This document shows, in pieces, positions 35,502 through 38,697 of a DNA stretch of 38,697 nt. The translations under genes were made by a program, and so were the position numbers. Origin of the DNA: a virus (taxonomy: Duplodnaviria > Caudoviricetes). The notes under the pieces are model-generated. The model had not been told where the DNA came from, did not search any database, and saw only the letters and a program-made list of their open reading frames with translations. Numbering within the stretch: position 1 is the first letter of the stretch; every line of letters starts with the position of its first letter. Where the stretch lies: the IMG/VR virus record IMGVR_UViG_3300026975_000005, positions 1-38,697 of that record; one strand, written 5' to 3'.

Positions 35502-35753
35502 TCAAGCCACTTTCTTTTCTGTTTTCATGTCCATCGGCAGACTGAGAAATTCTCCAGGACAACCAAGACTGCGGAGATAACCAAGCACTGCACGATTGTT
35601 CACCATCCCCCGGATGGTCCTGTTCACGATGCTACGGCTGATCCCCAATTCACGGGCGATCTCAGCCTGCGTCACTCCCTGCTCATCAAGGAATTCTCGG
35701 ATGCGCCAAGGACGGCGATTACGGCCAGCGCCATAGGCGGCACATTTGTTCAT
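35502..35753 (-). CDS. Ner/Cro-like HTH regulator
   Basis: GVTQAEIARELGISRSIVNRTIRG; directly upstream of the transposase. Confidence 0.8.
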   Translation of the reverse strand: MNKCAAYGAGRNRRPWRIREFLDEQGVTQAEIARELGISRSIVNRTIRGMVNNRAVLGYLRSLGCPGEFLSLPMDMKTEKKVA

Positions 35754-36175
35754 AATTTCATCTCCAATTGCTTTTTCCGTTTCCGGGCTTCCCGCTCGGC
35801 AATGATTGCCTCAGCGTAGTCCCTCAACTTCCTATCTTCAGAGGTCATGACCCCGCATCCATGTAGTTCGAGCATGGCAGCCAAAGGGGCTACGCTCCTC
35901 ACGGCCATGCAAAATACGTTGACCGCGACCAATGATGGCTGGTGGTCGATATTCGCAGGGTTAAGCCACTTCTCAAGAGTTGCGGGTTTGACCTTCTTGG
36001 CATTTCCACGGGTCAAGCTCACGCTCGACTTGGCGGCAATGTTGTTCATGCGGTCAACGATCTGCTCACGCGATAGGCCGCACTGGGCGGCGCTTCGGTT
36101 CATAGCGCTTTTGATTTTGACCATGAGCATGGTCAGCTCTGCGTTGGGATCGTCGAATAGGGATAACTGCCGCAT
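35750..36175 (-). CDS. phage regulatory protein (CII-like HTH)
   Basis: MRQLSLF start, LSREQIVDRMN, TLEKWLNP; first early gene, divergent from the repressor. Confidence 0.65.
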   Translation of the reverse strand: MRQLSLFDDPNAELTMLMVKIKSAMNRSAAQCGLSREQIVDRMNNIAAKSSVSLTRGNAKKVKPATLEKWLNPANIDHQPSLVAVNVFCMAVRSVAPLAAMLELHGCGVMTSEDRKLRDYAEAIIAEREARKRKKQLEMKL

Positions 36176-36305
36176 GTTCGCTCTTGTGTCCGCTGACGGT
36201 TGAGTTCGTGTCCGATACGGATGCGGGGGCGGATATTGACCCCCTGTGCGCAGTCAATTAGGGTGTTGGTGTTGTGTAGTACCTTAGTTGACTGCCACGG
36301 CCTTT

Positions 36306-36437
36306 TTGTAAGCTAAAAACTTACACTAATGCAAGCTAAAATCTGTTTCGAAGTTTATTTTTATCACATTTTAGCTTATTCCATTGATATGGTTAGCATT
36401 TTCTCGCCGTAGGCATTTCGAAGTTAATTTCGGAGTT
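36306..36437. promoter_or_regulatory. divergent immunity control region with operator-like repeats
   Basis: AAGCTAAAA at 36310 and 36333 and inverted at 36369; TTTCGAAGTT at 36346 and 36416 and TTTCGGAGTT at 36428; TTGCAT-N18-TACAAA on minus. Confidence 0.6.
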
Positions 36438-36441
36438 TAGC

Positions 36442-36870
36442 GTGGATAGTGCGAAATCATTTGAGGCAAAGTTTAAGCGAATACTTGATGCTGCCGCAGT
36501 CACTAAAGATGCGGAGTTAGCTAGGGCTTTATCTATCAAGCCCCAATCCATTGCCGCTGCAAGGAAACGCGGGCAGATTCCAAGCGGCTGGGTTGAAAAA
36601 GTCGCTGAAAAATTTGAGGTTTCAGCGGATTGGCTTTTCTTTGGAGTCGGTGAGATGATGCGTGGGGAAATCGCTCAGCTAACGACTCAACATCATTCTG
36701 AACTTGAGCAAGCGATCACTAAGGAAAAAGAGCTTACACGGGAATTGGCGTTAGAAAATCGCCAACTCTTAAAAGATAATGCCGAGCTAAGAGTGAAGTT
36801 GGAAAAAATGAAGTCTAGAGCCGCACCGGAGGATGAAACGCCACCTGAAGCCACCAGAAAGAGCGCATAG
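36442..36870 (+). CDS. prophage repressor (CI-type HTH with coiled-coil C-terminus)
   Basis: ELARALSIKPQSI..ARKRG.IP..W......VS.DWLFFG.GEM; divergent from the early operon at the Mu left end. Confidence 0.85.
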   Translation: MDSAKSFEAKFKRILDAAAVTKDAELARALSIKPQSIAAARKRGQIPSGWVEKVAEKFEVSADWLFFGVGEMMRGEIAQLTTQHHSELEQAITKEKELTRELALENRQLLKDNAELRVKLEKMKSRAAPEDETPPEATRKSA

Positions 36871-36968
36871 CTAAGAGGGGAAAGGTGGTTCTGCTTTTTG
36901 GTAGATAATATAGAAGATTATGCATATTGCCACCAAACCTCTATGTTCGACAAGGTATAATTGTCGAA

Positions 36969-37004
36969 AAAAAAGCCAAGCGATATTTATCGTTTGGCTT
37001 TTTT
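36969..37004 (+). terminator. intrinsic (probably bidirectional) terminator after the repressor
   Basis: AAAAAAGCCAAGCGAT-ATTT-ATCGTTTGGCTTTTTT. Confidence 0.75.
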
Positions 37005-37177
37005 CTCAGTTTACCTGTCCAAAATCTTTTAATTTCAACGTCGTTTTCTCAACTTGATTTTTCGCTAGATTCAATTAGTCGAAACGAAGAAAGACCGCGC
37101 CAATCCTAAGAAAGTTTCACTAAAGTTTCATATTCCCCCGACACCTCCTACCTTCTCGCCTTGGCTGTCCCCCTATA
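37002..37177 (-). repeat. Mu left end (attL): transposase sites L1/L2/L3
   Basis: on minus: GGACAGCCAAGGCGAGAAG (37170-37152), GAAAAATCAAGTTGAGAAA (37063-37045), GGACAGGTAAACTGAGAAA (37020-37002); 88-bp L1-L2 spacer as in Mu. Confidence 0.75.
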
Positions 37178-37182
37178 AACGC
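37178..37182 (+). repeat. right 5-bp target-site duplication AACGC
   Basis: identical to 250-254. Confidence 0.85.
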
Positions 37183-37214
37183 AGCTCAGCGGCCTAACAA
37201 GTAGACCCGCTTCT

Positions 37215-37877
37215 TTACTCAAACCGATTGTACATTTCCTCATGGCATTGTTTGAGGAATGTCATCATCTCATCATACTCGCCGCTTTCGTAGAATTTGA
37301 TCATCCCAGCGTTGTACTCAGTTAGCCTTTTGGCCGGGACTGATAGCGGGGGATAGCCATTGCTCATCAAGTGCCCGTTAAGCATCAGTAGGCCAGTTCG
37401 TTTGTTCCCATCGTAAAAGAACTGGTTGCGAGCAAAGTCCAAGTGCAGCCTGTATGCCTGTTCCCGGATATCTTCGATCTCTAGGATGTCCTCAATGGTG
37501 GCAGCAAAAATATCATCTAATTCGTCTGCTTTGGGAGGCCTGTACTCAGTGCCAGCAATACTTACTTGCCCGGAACGGAATTGGCCGACTTCAAGGGCTT
37601 CGTCTTTGGCGATCACTTCCTGAATCGAACAAGCCACTTCTTTGGAGACGGCGAATGTATCTGTTTTTACCAACTCAATGAGTTTTTCCCAGCCAAGGAT
37701 TTGCTGCTTGAGTTTTGCTTCGTCTGTGACCTTGTGGCCGCCCACAGTAATGCCCTGAATGTAAGTTTGTACCTCTGGCATTGTGAAGGGCATCCCTTCT
37801 AGGCTTTGAACATCGAAGACGAGTTCGGCAAACACCTTTTGGGCTATGAACAGGGCTTTCTTTTTGTCTTGTTTCAT
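37215..37877 (-). CDS. Fic/Doc family protein (variant motif QFFYDGNKR)
   Basis: LEG..FT.PEVQT...GITVGG, G.FR.G.V.IAG, FFYDGNKRTG; start is ATG 37877 or TTG 37913. Confidence 0.85.
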   Translation of the reverse strand: MKQDKKKALFIAQKVFAELVFDVQSLEGMPFTMPEVQTYIQGITVGGHKVTDEAKLKQQILGWEKLIELVKTDTFAVSKEVACSIQEVIAKDEALEVGQFRSGQVSIAGTEYRPPKADELDDIFAATIEDILEIEDIREQAYRLHLDFARNQFFYDGNKRTGLLMLNGHLMSNGYPPLSVPAKRLTEYNAGMIKFYESGEYDEMMTFLKQCHEEMYNRFE

Positions 37878-37945
37878 GGCTTCTTTATTGTCTCGAATTA
37901 GAGAAAGAGTCAATTTGTTCCCGTCAACCGACCTTGAATATTGGA

Positions 37946-38242
37946 TTAGATTTCATCGAATCGTTTCACCTCCCACGAGCAATCAACCTCCACACGCAGA
38001 GGCCCGACTTTCGCGTCTTTCAGTTCCTGCAATGAGAAGTATCCCCATTCCGCATTCTGCATGTCTCCGTTGAGGATAGCGTAGCCGAAGAAGATGTCCT
38101 CTCCGTCGAACTCGGCTGCATACCAGTGGGAGTCGCCTATGAAGAAGTGGTGGTAGATGAGCTTCTCTTCTGTTGGGATGTTCTCTGTCTCGTATAAGCG
38201 GGGAATCCTGCCTTGTCTTTCGTCCTTGTAGCCGGATGTCAT
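37946..38242 (-). CDS. DUF2958 family protein (plasmid/island leading-region type)
   Basis: IP.LYETE, FF....WY..E.D...FFG......AEWGYFSL.EL. Confidence 0.75.
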   Translation of the reverse strand: MTSGYKDERQGRIPRLYETENIPTEEKLIYHHFFIGDSHWYAAEFDGEDIFFGYAILNGDMQNAEWGYFSLQELKDAKVGPLRVEVDCSWEVKRFDEI

Positions 38243-38371
38243 CGTTTCGACCTCTCGTGTGGTTTGTGGGAGATTCTTGTCGAAAATCCATATGGTTTAT
38301 CAGTCTCGTAGTTGCGTGGCCTCGTCGGGCCTCGTCGGGCCTCTACGATGGCGTCGCCCTGAACTCTCGTT

Positions 38372-38405
38372 GAAAGATGAAAGGCCCATCCTTTCGGACG
38401 GGCCT
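38372..38405 (-). terminator. terminator after mucR
   Basis: AGGCCCGTCC-GAAA-GGATGGGCCT followed by TTCATCTTT on minus. Confidence 0.65.
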
Positions 38406-38426
38406 CTACGATCATGATGAAATGAT

Positions 38427-38697
38427 CTACTTGGATTCGGACTTCTTGGCCGGATCTTTCTTGCCTTTGCCGGTCTTCTTCCAAAGCTCCATGTTCTTCA
38501 TGCGCTCGGAACGGGCTTTGGCTGTCTCTCGGCAGGAGAGCGGCTGGCCTTTGGGGTATCCCCATTTTTCCTTGTACTCGGCAGGTGTCAGGCCGTGACT
38601 TTCGAGGTGGCGCTTGGTGATAGTCTTGAAGGTCTGGCCGCATTCGACACAGGTGATCGTCTTCTTTCTGATAGCCCTCTTGGGATCGACAGCCGGT
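38427..38697 (-). CDS. mucR: MucR/Ros family transcriptional regulator (5' end outside the window)
   Basis: own translation: PAVDPKRAIRKKTITCVECGQTFKTITKRHLESHGLTPAEYKEKWGYPKGQPLSC...SESK*. Confidence 0.88.
   Translation of the reverse strand, partial: PAVDPKRAIRKKTITCVECGQTFKTITKRHLESHGLTPAEYKEKWGYPKGQPLSCRETAKARSERMKNMELWKKTGKGKKDPAKKSESK

Larger units (their letters stand above)
255..37177 (-). mobile_element. complete Mu-like transposable prophage (contractile tail), 36,923 bp
   Basis: DDE transposase plus AAA ATPase, GemA, Mu gp25-gp30/gp32/gp36/gpG-like head genes, sheath/baseplate genes and com; 5-bp TSD and inverted 19-bp end sites, each 7 nt inside a terminus. Confidence 0.95.

Noticed and set aside
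36927-37109. 60-aa ORF (and 131..406, 246..428, 420..620 at the other end)
   Set aside because: They run across terminators, transposase-binding sites or antisense to the MTase, with no recognised motifs
37195-37200. CA at ...CCTAACA as an alternative right terminus
   Set aside because: Not followed by AACGC and not at the 7-nt spacing from a transposase site
38239-38643. 134-aa minus ORF
   Set aside because: Wrong frame; the MucR motifs lie in the frame ending at TAG 38427

Overview
The window holds a complete, about 36.9 kb Mu-like transposable prophage with a contractile tail (255..37177, inverted relative to the Mu map). It is bounded by a 5-bp target-site duplication (AACGC) and five related 19-bp transposase-binding sites. 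It sits 128 bp downstream of a tRNA-Ala(GGC), apparently inside the end of a separate tRNA-anchored genomic island whose Fic, DUF2958 and MucR genes resume on the right. The host is probably Desulfovibrionaceae-like (inference only). Gene order on the minus strand: repressor/ner-like, MuA, MuB, semi-essential region (DUF3164, HU, HNH, GemA), lysis, head, tail, then com plus a DNA methyltransferase in the mom position. Non-obvious signals read from the sequence: (1) an intact type II hammerhead ribozyme directly after the HU stop codon in the early operon; (2) a tape-measure start codon locked in a 16-bp hairpin whose loop is a -10 box, part of a late-promoter motif shared at identical spacing with the lysis operon and back-to-back with an antisense AbiJ/HEPN-type defence cassette; (3) four GAGNNCC Com-operator-like elements before the methyltransferase, and a structured com leader; (4) a -1 frameshift in the tail chaperone; (5) an internal transposase-site look-alike; (6) a non-canonical TA terminus. 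Protein family assignments come from motif recall and synteny, not from database searches.
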